Assembly (NCBI RefSeq): GCF_009914755.1
Contig: NC_060925.1
Source: the human T2T-CHM13v2.0 reference genome, Homo sapiens
Direction: 5' to 3' (one strand)
DNA length: 64,000 nucleotides
Both the position numbers and the translations under genes were made by a program. Positions 1 to 14,319 of this stretch are shown piece by piece. Position 1 is the stretch's first letter, and each line of letters starts with the position of its first letter. The notes beneath the pieces were generated by a model, which saw only the letters and a program-made list of their open reading frames with translations, made no database searches and was not told the DNA's origin.

Positions 1-664
1 TTGAAACGAATGGAATTATCATGAAATTGAAATGGATGGACTCATCATCGAATGGATTCGAATGGAATCATCGAATAAAATTGATTGAAATCATCATCAA
101 ATGGAATCGAATGGTATCATTGAATGGAATCGAATGGAATCATCATCAGATGGAAATGAATGGAATCGTCATAGAATGGAATCGAATGGATTCATTGAAT
201 GGAATCAGATGGAATCATCGAATGGACTGGAATGGAATCATTGAATGGACTCGAAAGGGATCATTATTGAATGGAATTGAATGGAATCATCGAATGGTCT
301 CGATTGGAATCATTACCAAATGGAATCGAATGGAATCACCGAATAGAATCGAATGGAACAATCATCGAATGGACTCAAATGGAATTATCCTCAAATGGAA
401 TCGAATGGAATTATCGAATGCAATCGAATGGAATTATCGAATGCAATCGAATAGAATCATCGAAAGGACTCGAATGGAATCATCGAATGGAATGGAATGG
501 AACAGTCAATGAACTCGAATGGAATCATCATTGAATGGAATCGAATGGAATCATCGAGTGGAATCGAATGGAATTATGATCAAATGGAATCGAATGTAAT
601 CATCATCAAATGGAATAAAAAATAACCATCATCAATTGGTATTGAATGGAATTGTCATCAAATG

Positions 665-670
665 GAATTC
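665..670. other. EcoRI site GAATTC, once per unit (defines the classical 1.77 kb EcoRI fragment)
   Basis: GGAATTCAAAGG gives GAATTC at 665, 2441 (+1776), 3504 (+1063) and in the later units. Confidence 0.9.
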
Positions 671-712
671 AAAGGAATCATCATCAAATGGAACCGAATG
701 GAATCCTCATTG

Positions 713-1655
713 AATGGAAATGAAAGGGGTCATCATCTAATGGAATCGCATGGAATCATCATCAAATGGAATCGAATGGAATCATCATCAAATGGAATCT
801 AATGGAATCATTGAACAGAATTGAATGGAATCGTCATCGAATGAATTGAATGCAATCATCGAATGGTCTCGAATGGAATCATCTTCTAATGGAAAGGAAT
901 GGAATCATCGCATAGAATCGAATGGAATTATCATCGAATGGAATCGAATGGTATCAACACCAAACGGAAAAAAACGGAATTATCGAATGGAATCGAAGAG
1001 AATCTTCGAACGGACCCGAATGGAATCATCTAATGGAATGGAATGGAATAATCCATGGACTCGAATGCAATCATCATCGAATGGAATCGAATGGAATCAT
1101 CGAATGGACTCGAATGGAATAATCATTGAACGGAATCGAATGGAATCATCATCGGATGGAAACGAATGGAATCATCATCGAATGGAAATGAAAGGAGTCA
1201 TCATCTAATGGAATTGCATGGAATCATCATAAAATGGAATCGAATGGAATCAACATCAAATGGAATCAAATGGAATCATTGAACGGAATTGAATGGAATC
1301 GTCATCGAATGAATTGACTGCAATCATCGAATGGTCTCGAATGGAATCATCTTCAAATGGAATGGAATGGAATCATCGCATGGAATCGAATGGAATTATC
1401 ATCGAATGGAATCGAATGGAATCAACATCCAACGGAAAAAAACAGAATTATCGTATGGAATCGAAGAGAATCATCGAATGGACCCGAATGGAATCATCTA
1501 ATGGAATGGAATGGAATAATTCATGGACTCGAATGCAATCATCATCGAATGGAATCGAATGGAATCATCGAATGGACTCGAATGGAATAATCATTGATCG
1601 GAATCGAATGGAATCATCATCGGATGGAAATGAATGGAATCATCATCGAATGGAA
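713..1655 (+). repeat. Internal 2 x 468 bp tandem sub-repeat (copies A and B) within each 1776 bp unit
   Basis: GGAAATGAAAGG[G/A]GTCATCATCTAATGG occurs at ~716 and ~1184, and AACGGAAAAAAAC at ~963 and ~1431. The MESSSNEL pseudo-ORFs start at 825 and 1293 (offset 468). A and B differ at diagnostic sites: TCTAATGGAAAGG vs TCAAATGGAATGG, GGTATCAACACC vs GGAATCAACATC, and CTTCGAACGG vs CATCGAATGG. Confidence 0.92.
800..810 (+). promoter_or_regulatory. DUX4-type double-homeodomain motif TAATGGAATCA (representative; second copy at 1733-1743; repeated in each unit)
   Basis: Exact match to the DUX4 consensus TAAYBBAATCA. DUX4 binding and activation of HSATII is established, but occupancy of these particular sites is inferred. 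Confidence 0.5.
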
Positions 1656-2600
1656 TCGAATAGAATTATGGAATGAAATCCAGTGTGATCATCATCGAAT
1701 GGACCCGAATGGAATCATCATCCAACGGAAGCTAATGGAATCAACATCGAATGAATCGAATGGAAACACCATCGAATTGAAACGAATGGAATTATCATGA
1801 AATTGAAATGGATGGACTCATCATCGAATGGATTCGAATGGAATCATCGAATAAAATTGATTGAAATCATCATCAAATGGAATCGAATGGTATCATTGAA
1901 TGGAATCGAATGGAATCATCATCAGATGGAAATGAATGGAATCGTCATAGAATGGAATCGAATGGATTCATTGAATGGAATCAGATGGAATCATCGAATG
2001 GACTGGAATGGAATCATTGAATGGACTCGAAAGGGATCATGATTGAATGGAATTGAATGGAATCATCGAATGGTCTCGATTGGAATCATTACCAAATGGA
2101 ATCGAATGGAATCACCGAATAGAATCGAATGGAACAATCATCGAATGGACTCAAATGGAATTATCCTCAAATGGAATCGAATGGAATTATCGAATGCAAT
2201 CGAATGGAATTATCGAATGCAATCGAATAGAATCATTGAAAGGACTCGAATGGAATCATCGAATGGAATGGAATGGAACAGTCAATGAACTCGAATGGAA
2301 TCATCATTGAATGGAATCGAATGAAATCATCGAATGGAATCGAATGGAATTATGATCAAATGGAATCGAATGTAATCATCATCAAATGGAATCAAAAATA
2401 ACCATCATCAATTGGTATTGAATGGAATTGTCATCAAATGGAATTCAAAGGAATCATCATCAAATGGAACCGAATGGAATCCTCATTGAATGGAAATGAA
2501 AGGGGTCATCATCTAATGGAATCGCATGGAATCATCATCAAATGGAATCGAATGGAATCATCATCAAATGGAATCTAATGGAATCATTGAACAGAATTGA

Positions 2601-3663
2601 ATGGAATCGTCATCGAATGAATTGAATGCACTCATCGAATGGTCTCGAATGGAATCATCTTCTAATGGAAAGGAATGGAATCATCGCATAGAATCGAATG
2701 GAATTATCATCGAATGGAATCGAATGGTATCAACACCAAACGGAAAAAAACGGAATTATCGAATGGAATCGAAGAGAATCTTCGAACGGACCCGAATGGA
2801 ATCATCTAATGGAATGGAATGGAATAATCCATGGACTCGAATGCAATCATCATCGAATGGAATCGAATGGAGTCATCGAATGGACTCGAATGGAATAATC
2901 ATTGAACGGAATCGAATGGAATCATCATCGGATGGAAACGAATGGAATCATCATCGAATGGAAATGAAAGGAGTCATCATCTAATGGAATTGCATGGAAT
3001 CATCATAAAATGGAATCGAATGGAATCAACATCAAATGGAATCAAATGGAATCATTGAACGGAATTGAATGGAATCGTCATCGAATGAATTGAATGCAAT
3101 CATCGAATGGTCTCGAATGGAATCATCTTCAAATGGAATGGAATGGAATCATCGCATAGAATCGAATGGAATTATCATCGAATGGAATCGAATGGAATCA
3201 ACATCAAACGGAAAAAAACGGAATTATCGAATGGAATAGAAGAGAATCATCGAATGGACCCGAATGGAATCATCTAATGGAATGGAATGGAATAATCCAT
3301 GGACTCGAATGCAATCATCATCGAATGGAATCGAATGGAATCATCGAATGAACTCGAATGGAATCATCATTGAATGGAATCGAATGGAATCATCGAGTGG
3401 AATCGAATGGAATTATGATCAAATGGAATCGAATGTAATCATCATCAAATGGAATCAAAAATAACCATCATCAATTGGTATTGAATGGAATTGTCATCAA
3501 ATGGAATTCAAAGGAATCATCATCAAATGGAACCGAATGGAATCCTCATTGAATGGAAATGAAAGGGGTCATCATCTAATGGAATCGCATGGAATCATCA
3601 TCAAATGGAATCGAATGGAATCATCATCAAATGGAATCTAATGGAATCATTGAACAGAATTGA
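2601..3663 (+). repeat. 1063 bp truncated unit (713 bp deletion), copy 1; junction at ~3347
   Basis: A-copy starts at 2601 and 3664 are 1063 apart. The junction CATCG-AATG-AACTCGAATGGAATCATCATTG fuses the end of copy B to the sequence that follows AACAGTC. Confidence 0.92.
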
Positions 3664-6600
3664 ATGGAATCGTCATCGAATGAATTGAATGCAATCATCG
3701 AATGGTCTCGAATGGAATCATCTTCTAATGGAAAGGAATGGAATCATCGCATAGAATCGAATGGAATTATCATCGAATGGAATCGAATGGTATCAACACC
3801 AAACGGAAAAAAACGGAATTATCGAATGGAATCGAAGAGAATCTTCGAACGGACCCGAATGGAATCATCTAATGGAATGGAATGGAATAATCCATGGACT
3901 CGAATGCAATCATCATCGAATGGAATCGAATGGAATCATCGAATGGACTCGAATGGAATAATCATTGAACGGAATCGAATGGAATCATCATCGGATGGAA
4001 ACGAATGGAATCATCATCGAATGGAAATGAAAGGAGTCATCATCTAATGGAATTGCATGGAATCATCATAAAATGGAATCGAATGGAATCAACATCAAAT
4101 GGAATCAAATGGAATCATTGAACGGAATTGAATGGAATCGTCATCGAATGAATTGAATGCAATCATCGAATGGTCTCGAATGGAATCATCTTCAAATGGA
4201 ATGGAATGGAATCATCGCATAGAATCGAATGGAATTATCATCGAATGGAATCGAATGGAATCAACATCCAACGGAAAAAAACGGAATTATCGAATGGAAT
4301 CGAAGAGAATCATCGAATGGACCCGAATGGAATCATCTAATGGAATGGAATGGAATAATCCATGGACTCGAATGCAATCATCATCGAATGGAATCGAATG
4401 GAATCATCGAATGGACTCGAATGGAATAATCATTGAACGGAATCGAATGGAATCATCATCGGATGGAAATGAATGGAATCATCATCGAATGGAATCGAAT
4501 AGAATTATGGAATGAAATCCAGTGTGATCATCATCGAAAGGACCCGAATGGAATCATCATCCAACGGAAGCTAATGGAATCAACATCGAATGAATCGAAT
4601 GGAAACACCATCGAATTGAAACGAATGGAATTATCATGAAATTGAAATGGATGGACTCATCATCGAATGGATTCGAATGGAATCATCGAATAAAATTGAT
4701 TGAAATCATCATCGAATGGAATCGAATGGTATCATTGAATGGAATCGAATGGAATCATCATCAGATGGAAATGAATGGAATCGTCATAGAATGGAATCGA
4801 ATGGATTCATTGAATGGAATCAGATGGAATCATCGAATGGACTGGAATGGAATCATTGAATGGACTCGAAAGGGATCATGATTGAATGGAATTGAATGGA
4901 ATCATCGAATGGTCTCGATTGGAATCATTATCAAATGGAATCGAATGGAATCACCGAATAGAATCGAATGGAACAATCATCGAATGGACTCAAATGGAAT
5001 TATCCTCAAATGGAATCGAATGGAATTATCGAATGCAATCGAATGGAATTATCGAATGCAATCGAATAGAATCATCGAATGGACTCGAATGGAATCATCG
5101 AATGGAATGGAATGGAACAGTCAATGAACTCGAATGGAATCATCATTGAAAGGAATCGAATGGAATCATCGAGTGGAATCGAATGGAATTATGATCAAAT
5201 GGAATCGAATGTAATCATCATCAAATGGAATCAAAAATAACCATCATCAATTGGTATTGAATGGAATTGTCATCAAATGGAATTCAAAGGAATCATCATC
5301 AAATGGAACCGAATGGAATCCTCATTGAATGGAAATGAAAGGGGTCATCATCTAATGGAATCGCATGGAATCATCATCAAATGGAATCGAATGGAATCAT
5401 CATCAAATGGAATCTAATGGAATCATTGAACAGAATTGAATGGAATCGTCATCGAATGAATTGAATGCAATCATCGAATGGTCTCGAATGGAATCATCTT
5501 CTAATGGAAAGGAATGGAATCATCGCATAGAATCGAATGGAATTATCATCGAATGGAATCGAATGGTATCAACACCAAACGGAAAAAAACGGAATTATCG
5601 AATGGAATCGAAGAGAATCTTCGAACGGACCCGAATGGAATCATCTAATGGAATGGAATGGAATAATCCATGGACTCGAATGCAATCATCATCGAATGGA
5701 ATGGAATGGAATCATCGAATGGACTCGAATGGAATAATCATTGAACGGAATCGAATGGAATCATCATCGGATGGAAACGAATGGAATCATCATCGAATGG
5801 AAATGAAAGGAGTCATCATCTAATGGAATTGCATGGAATCATCATAAAATGGAATCGAATGGAATCAACATCAAATGGAATCAAATGGAATCATTGAACG
5901 GAATTGAATGGAATCGTCATCGAATGAATTGACTGCAATCATCGAATGGTCTCGAATGGAATCATCTTCAAATGGAATGGAATGGAATCATCGCATAGAA
6001 TCGAATGGAATTATCATCGAATGGAATCGAATGGAATCAACATCCAACGGAAAAAAACGGAATTATCGAATGGAATCGAAGAGAATCATCGAATGGACCC
6101 GAATGGAATCATCTAATGGAATGGAATGGAATAATCCATGGACTCGAATGCAATCATCATCGAATGGAATCGAATGGAATCATCGAATGGACTCGAATGG
6201 AATAATCATTGAACGGAATCGAATGGAATCATCATCGGATGGAAATGAATGGAATCATCATCGAATGGAATCGAATAGAATTATGGAATGAAATCCAGTG
6301 TGATCATCATCGAAAGGACCCGAATGGAATCATCATCCAACGGAAGCTAATGGAATCAACATCGAATGAATCGAATGGAAACACCATCGAATTGAAACGA
6401 ATGGAATTATCATGAAATTGAAATGGATGGACTCATCATCGAATGGATTCGAATGGAATCATCGAATAAAATTGATTGAAATCATCATCCAATGGAATCG
6501 AATGGTATCATTGAATGGAATCGAATGGAATCATCATCAGATGGAAATGAATGGAATCGTCATAGAATGGAATCGAATGGATTCATTGAATGGAATCAGA

Positions 6601-9600
6601 TGGAATCATCGAATGGACTGGAATGGAATCATTGAATGGACTCGAAAGGGATCATGATTGAATGGAATTGAATGGAATCATCGAATGGTCTCGATTGGAA
6701 TCATTATCAAATGGAATCGAATGGAATCACCGAATAGAATCGAATGGAACAATCATCGAATGGACTCAAATGGAATTATCCTCAAATGGAATCGAATGGA
6801 ATTATCGAATGCAATCGAATGGAATTATCGAATGCAATCGAATAGAATCATCGAATGGACTCGAATGGAATCATCGAATGGAATGGAATGGAACAGTCAA
6901 TGAACTCGAATGGAATCATCATTGAAAGGAATCGAATGGAATCATCGAGTGGAATCGAATGGAATTATGATCAAATGGAATCGAATGTAATCATCATCAA
7001 ATGGAATCAAAAATAACCATCATCAATTGGTATTGAATGGAATTGTCATCAAATGGAATTCAAAGGAATCATCATCAAATGGAACCGAATGGAATCCTCA
7101 TTGAATGGAAATGAAAGGGGTCATCATCTAATGGAATCGGATGGAATCATCATCAAATGGAATCGAATGGAATCATCATCAAATGGAATCTAATGGAATC
7201 ATTGAACAGAATTGAATGGAATCGTCATCGAATGAATTGAATGCAATCATCGAATGGTCTCGAATGGAATCATCTTCTAATGGAAAGGAATGGAATCATC
7301 GCATAGAATCGAATGGAATTATCATCGAATGGAATCGAATGGTATCAACACCAAACGGAAAAAAACGGAATTATCGAATGGAATCGAAGAGAATCTTCGA
7401 ACGGACCCGAATGGAATCATCTAATGGAATGGAATGGAATAATCCATGGACTCGAATGCAATCATCATCGAATGGAATGGAATGGAATCATCGAATGGAC
7501 TCGAATGGAATAATCATTGAACGGAATCGAATGGAATCATCATCGGATGGAAACGAATGGAATCATCATCGAATGGAAATGAAAGGAGTCATCATCTAAT
7601 GGAATTGCATGGAATCATCATAAAATGGAATCGAATGGAATCAACATCAAATGGAATCAAATGGAATCATTGAACGGAATTGAATGGAATCGTCATCGAA
7701 TGAATTGAATGCAATCATCGAATGGTCTCGAATGGAATCATCTTCAAATGGAATGGAATGGAATCATCGCATAGAATCGAATGGAATTATCATCGAATGG
7801 AATCGAATGGAATCAACATCCAACGGAAAAAAACGGAATTATCGAATGGAATCGAAGAGAATCATCGAATGGACCCGAATGGAATCATCTAATGGAATGG
7901 AATGGAATAATCCATGGACTCGAATGCAATCATCATCGAATGGAATCGAATGGAATCATCGAATGGACTCGAATGGAATAATCATTGAACGGAATCGAAT
8001 GGAATCATCATCGGATGGAAATGAATGGAATCATCATCGAATGGAATCGAATAGAATTATGGAATGAAATCCAGTGTGATCATCATCGAATGGACCCGAA
8101 TGGAATCATCATCCAACGGAAGCTAACGGAATCAACATCGAATGAATCGAATGGAAACACCATCGAATTGAAACGAATGGAATTATCATGAAATTGAAAT
8201 GGATGGACTCATCATCGAATGGATTCGAATGGAATCATCGAATAAAATTGATTGAAATCATCATCCAATGGAATCGAATGGTATCATTGAATGGAATCGA
8301 ATGGAATCATCATCAGATGGAAATGAATGGAATCGTCATAGAATGGAATCGAATGGATTCATTGAATGGAATCAGATGGAATCATCGAATGGACTGGAAT
8401 GGAATCATTGAATGGACTCGAAAGGGATCATGATTGAATGGAATTGAATGGAATCATCGAATGGTCTCGATTGGAATCATTATCAAATGGAATCGAATGG
8501 AATCACCGAATAGAATCGAATGGAACAATCATCGAATGGACTCAAATGGAATTATCCTCCAATGGAATCGAATGGAATTATCGAATGCAATCGAATGGAA
8601 TTATCGAATGCAATCGAATAGAATCATCGAATGGACTCGAATGGAATCATCGAATGGAATGGAATGGAACAGTCAATGAACTCGAATGGAATCATCATTG
8701 AATGGAATCGAATGGAATCATCGAGTGGAATCGAATGGAATTATGATCAAATGGAATCGAATGTAATCATCATGAAATGGAATCAAAAATAACCATCATC
8801 AATTGGTATTGAATGGAATTGTCATCAAATGGAATTCAAAGGAATAATCATCAAATGGAACCGAATGGAATCCTCATTGAATGGAAATGAAAGGGGTCAT
8901 CATCTAATGGAATCGCATGGAATCATCATCAAATGGAATCGAATGGAATCATCATCAAATGGAATCTAATGGAATCATTGAACAGAATTGAATGGAATCG
9001 TCATCAAATGAATTGAATGCAATCATCGAATGGTCTCGAATGGAATCATCTTCTAATGGAAAGGAATGGAATCATCGCATAGAATCGAATGGAATTATCA
9101 TCGAATGGAATCGAATGGTATCAACACCAAACGGAAAAAAACGGAATTATCGAATGGAATCGAAGAGAATCTTCGAACGGACCCGAATGGAATCATCTAA
9201 TGGAATGGAATGGAATAATCCATGGACTCGAATGCAATCATCATCGAATGGAATGGAATGGAATCATCGAATGGACTCGAATGGAATAATCATTGAACGG
9301 AATCGAATGGAATCATCATCGGATGGAAACGAATGGAATCATCATCGAATGGAAATGAAAGGAGTCATCATCTAATGGAATTGCATGGAATCATCATAAA
9401 ATGGAATCGAATGGAATCAACATCAAATGGAATCAAATGGAATCATTGAACGGAATTGAATGGAATCGTCATCGAATGAATTGACTGCAATCATCGAATG
9501 GTCTCGAATGGAATCATCTTCAAATGGAATGGAATGGAATCATCGCATAGAATCGAATGGAATTATCATCGAATGGAATCGAATGGAATCAACATCAAAC

Positions 9601-12600
9601 GGAAAAAAACAGAATTATCGTATGGAATCGAAGAGAATCATCGAATGGACCCGAATGGAATCATCTAATGGAATGGAATGGAATAATCCATGGACTCGAA
9701 TGCAATCATCATCGAATGGAATCGAATGGAATCATCGAATGGACTCGAATGGAATAATCATTGAACGGAATCGAATGGAATCATCATCGGATGGAAATGA
9801 ATGGAATCATCATCGAATGGAATCGAATAGAATTATGGAATGAAATCCAGTGTGATCATCATCGAATGGACCCGAATGGAATCATCATCCAACGGAAGCT
9901 AATGGAATCAACATCGAATGAATCGAATGGAAACACCATCGAATTGAAACGAATGGAATTATCATGAAATTGAAATGGATGGACTCATCATCGAATGGAT
10001 TCGAATGGAATCATCGAATAAAATTGATTGAAATCATCATCAAATGGAATCGAATGGTATCATTGAATGGAATCGAATGGAATCATCATCAGATGGAAAT
10101 GAATGGAATCGTCATAGAATGGAATCGAATGGATTCATTGAATGGAATCAGATGGAATCATCGAATGGACTGGAATGGAATCATTGAATGGACTCGAAAG
10201 GGATCATGATTGAATGGAATTGAATGGAATCATCGAATGGTCTCGATTGGAATCATTACCAAATGGAATCGAATGGAATCACCGAATAGAATCGAATGGA
10301 ACAATCATCGAATGGACTCAAATGGAATTATCCTCCAATGGAATCGAATGGAATTATCGAATGCAATCGAATGGAATTATCGAATGCAATCGAATAGAAT
10401 CATCGAATGGACTCGAATGGAATCATCGAATGGAATGGAATGGAACAGTCAATGAACTCGAATGGAATCATCATTGAATGGAATCGAATGGAATCATCGA
10501 GTGGAATCGAATGGAATTATGATCAAATGGAATCGAATGTAATCATCATGAAATGGAATCAAAAATAACCATCATCAATTGGTATTGAATGGAATTGTCA
10601 TCAAATGGAATTCAAAGGAATCATCATCAAATGGAACCGAATGGAATCCTCATTGAATGGAAATGAAAGGGGTCATCATCTAATGGAATCGCATGGAATC
10701 ATCATCAAATGGAATCGAATGGAATCATCATCAAATGGAATCTAATGGAATCATTGAACAGAATTGAATGGAATCGTCATCAAATGAATTGAATGCAATC
10801 ATCGAATGGTCTCGAATGGAATCATCTTCTAATGGAAAGGAATGGAATCATCGCATAGAATCGAATGGAATTATCATCGAATGGAATCGAATGGTATCAA
10901 CACCAAACGGAAAAAAACGGAATTATCGAATGGAATCGAAGAGAATCTTCGAACGGACCCGAATGGAATCATCTAATGGAATGGAATGGAATAATCCATG
11001 GACTCGAATGCAATCATCATCGAATGGAATGGAATGGAATCATCGAATGGACTCGAATGGAATAATCATTGAACGGAATCGAATGGAATCATCATCGGAT
11101 GGAAACGAATGGAATCATCATCGAATGGAAATGAAAGGAGTCATCATCTAATGGAATTGCATGGAATCATCATAAAATGGAATCGAATGGAATCAACATC
11201 AAATGGAATCAAATGGAATCATTGAACGGAATTGAATGGAATCGTCATCGAATGAATTGACTGCAATCATCGAATGGTCTCGAATGGAATCATCTTCAAA
11301 TGGAATGGAATGGAATCATCGCATAGAATCGAATGGAATTATCATCGAATGGAATCGAATGGAATCAACATCAAACGGAAAAAAACAGAATTATCGTATG
11401 GAATCGAAGAGAATCATCGAATGGACCCGAATGGAATCATCTAATGGAATGGAATGGAATAATCCATGGACTCGAATGCAATCATCATCGAATGGAATCG
11501 AATGGAATCATCGAATGGACTCGAATGGAATAATCATTGAACGGAATCGAATGGAATCATCATCGGATGGAAATGAATGGAATCATCATCGAATGGAATC
11601 GAATAGAATTATGGAATGAAATCCAGTGTGATCATCATCGAATGGACCCGAATGGAATCATCATCCAACGGAAGCTAATGGAATCAACATCGAATGAATC
11701 GAATGGAAACACCATCGAATTGAAACGAATGGAATTATCATGAAATTGAAATGGATGGACTCATCATCGAATGGATTCGAATGGAATCATCGAATAAAAT
11801 TGATTGAAATCATCATCAAATGGAATCGAATGGTATCATTGAATGGAATCGAATGGAATCATCATCAGATGGAAATGAATGGAATCGTCATAGAATGGAA
11901 TCGAATGGATTCATTGAATGGAATCAGATGGAATCATCGAATGGACTGGAATGGAATCATTGAATGGACTCGAAAGGGATCATTATTGAATGGAATTGAA
12001 TGGAATCATCGAATGGTCTCGATTGGAATCATTACCAAATGGAATCGAATGGAATCACCGAATAGAATCGAATGGAACAATCATCGAATGGACTCAAATG
12101 GAATTATCCTCAAATGGAATCGAATGGAATTATCGAATGCAATCGAATGGAATTATCGAATGCAATCGAATAGAATCATCGAAAGGACTCGAATGGAATC
12201 ATCGAATGGAATGGAATGGAACAGTCAATGAACTCGAATGGAATCATCATTGAATGGAATCGAATGGAATCATCGAGTGGAATCGAATGGAATTATGATC
12301 AAATGGAATCGAATGTAATCATCATCAAATGGAATCAAAAATAACCATCATCAATTGGTATTGAATGGAATTGTCATCAAATGGAATTCAAAGGAATCAT
12401 CATCAAATGGAACCGAATGGAATCCTCATTGAATGGAAATGAAAGGGGTCATCATCTAATGGAATCGCATGGAATCATCATCAAATGGAATCGAATGGAA
12501 TCATCATCAAATGGAATCTAATGGAATCATTGAACAGAATTGAATGGAATCGTCATCGAATGAATTGAATGCAATCATCGAATGGTCTCGAATGGAATCA

Positions 12601-14319
12601 TCTTCTAATGGAAAGGAATGGAATCATCGCATAGAATCGAATGGAATTATCATCGAATGGAATCGAATGGTATCAACACCAAACGGAAAAAAACGGAATT
12701 ATCGAATGGAATCGAAGAGAATCTTCGAACGGACCCGAATGGAATCATCTAATGGAATGGAATGGAATAATCCATGGACTCGAATGCAATCATCATCGAA
12801 TGGAATCGAATGGAATCATCGAATGGACTCGAATGGAATAATCATTGAACGGAATCGAATGGAATCATCATCGGATGGAAACGAATGGAATCATCATCGA
12901 ATGGAAATGAAAGGAGTCATCATCTAATGGAATTGCATGGAATCATCATAAAATGGAATCGAATGGAATCAACATCAAATGGAATCAAATGGAATCATTG
13001 AACGGAATTGAATGGAATCGTCATCGAATGAATTGACTGCAATCATCGAATGGTCTCGAATGGAATCATCTTCAAATGGAATGGAATGGAATCATCGCAT
13101 AGAATAGAATGGAATTATCATCGAATGGAATCGAATGGAATCAACATCCAACGGAAAAAAACAGAATTATCGTATGGAATCGAAGAGAATCATCGAATGG
13201 ACCCGAATGGAATCATCTAATGGAATGGAATGGAATAATCCATGGACTCGAATGCAATCATCATCGAATGGAATCGAATGGAATCATCGAATGGACTCGA
13301 ATGGAATAATCATTGAACGGAATCGAATGGAATCATCATCGGATGGAAATGAATGGAATCATCATCGAATGGAATCGAATAGAATTATGGAATGAAATCC
13401 AGTGTGATCATCATCGAATGGACCCGAATGGAATCATCATCCAACGGAAGCTAATGGAATCAACATCGAATGAATCGAATGGAAACACCATCGAATTGAA
13501 ACGAATGGAATTATCATGAAATTGAAATGGATGGACTCATCATCGAATGGATTCGAATGGAATCATCGAATAAAATTGATTGAAATCATCATCAAATGGA
13601 ATCGAATGGTATCATTGAATGGAATCGAATGGAATCATCATCAGATGGAAATGAATGGAATCGTCATAGAATGGAATCGAATGGATTCATTGAATGGAAT
13701 CAGATGGAATCATCGAATGGACTGGAATGGAATCATTGAATGGACTCGAAAGGGATCATGATTGAATGGAATTGAATGGAATCATCGAATGGTCTCGATT
13801 GGAATCATTACCAAATGGAATCGAATGGAATCACCGAATAGAATCGAATGGAACAATCATCGAATGGACTCAAATGGAATTATCCTCAAATGGAATCGAA
13901 TGGAATTATCGAATGCAATCGAATGGAATTATCGAATGCAATCGAATAGAATCATTGAAAGGACTCGAATGGAATCATCGAATGGAATGGAATGGAACAG
14001 TCAATGAACTCGAATGGAATCATCATTGAATGGAATCGAATGAAATCATCGAATGGAATCGAATGGAATTATGATCAAATGGAATCGAATGTAATCATCA
14101 TCAAATGGAATCAAAAATAACCATCATCAATTGGTATTGAATGGAATTGTCATCAAATGGAATTCAAAGGAATCATCATCAAATGGAACCGAATGGAATC
14201 CTCATTGAATGGAAATGAAAGGGGTCATCATCTAATGGAATCGCATGGAATCATCATCAAATGGAATCGAATGGAATCATCATCAAATGGAATCTAATGG
14301 AATCATTGAACAGAATTGA

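Larger units (their letters stand above)
21..1796 (+). repeat. Canonical 1776 bp HSat2 monomer (representative copy)
   Basis: The landmark ATGAAATTGAAATGGATGG starts at 21 and again at 1797. Once-per-unit motifs are AACAGTC (501), AAAATAACC (~619), GAATTC (665), CCAGTGTG (~1680) and GAAGCT (~1728). The window has 34 landmark starts, and most spacings are exactly 1776. Confidence 0.95.

Noticed and set aside
72-80. AATAAA polyadenylation-like hexamer once per unit (CGAATAAAATTG)
   Set aside because: It is easily produced by mutation of GAATGGAAT, with no GU-rich downstream element or transcript evidence visible.
486-503. GGAATG (TEAD/MCAT) and nGAAn (HSF-like) motifs
   Set aside because: These are an unavoidable by-product of the pentamer. 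The GAA units are direct rather than alternating inverted repeats, so specific sites cannot be supported from sequence alone.
21-1796. 1776 = 12 x 148 as a nucleosome-phasing signal
   Set aside because: Numerology: 148 bp leaves no linker, and the variant unit lengths do not preserve it.
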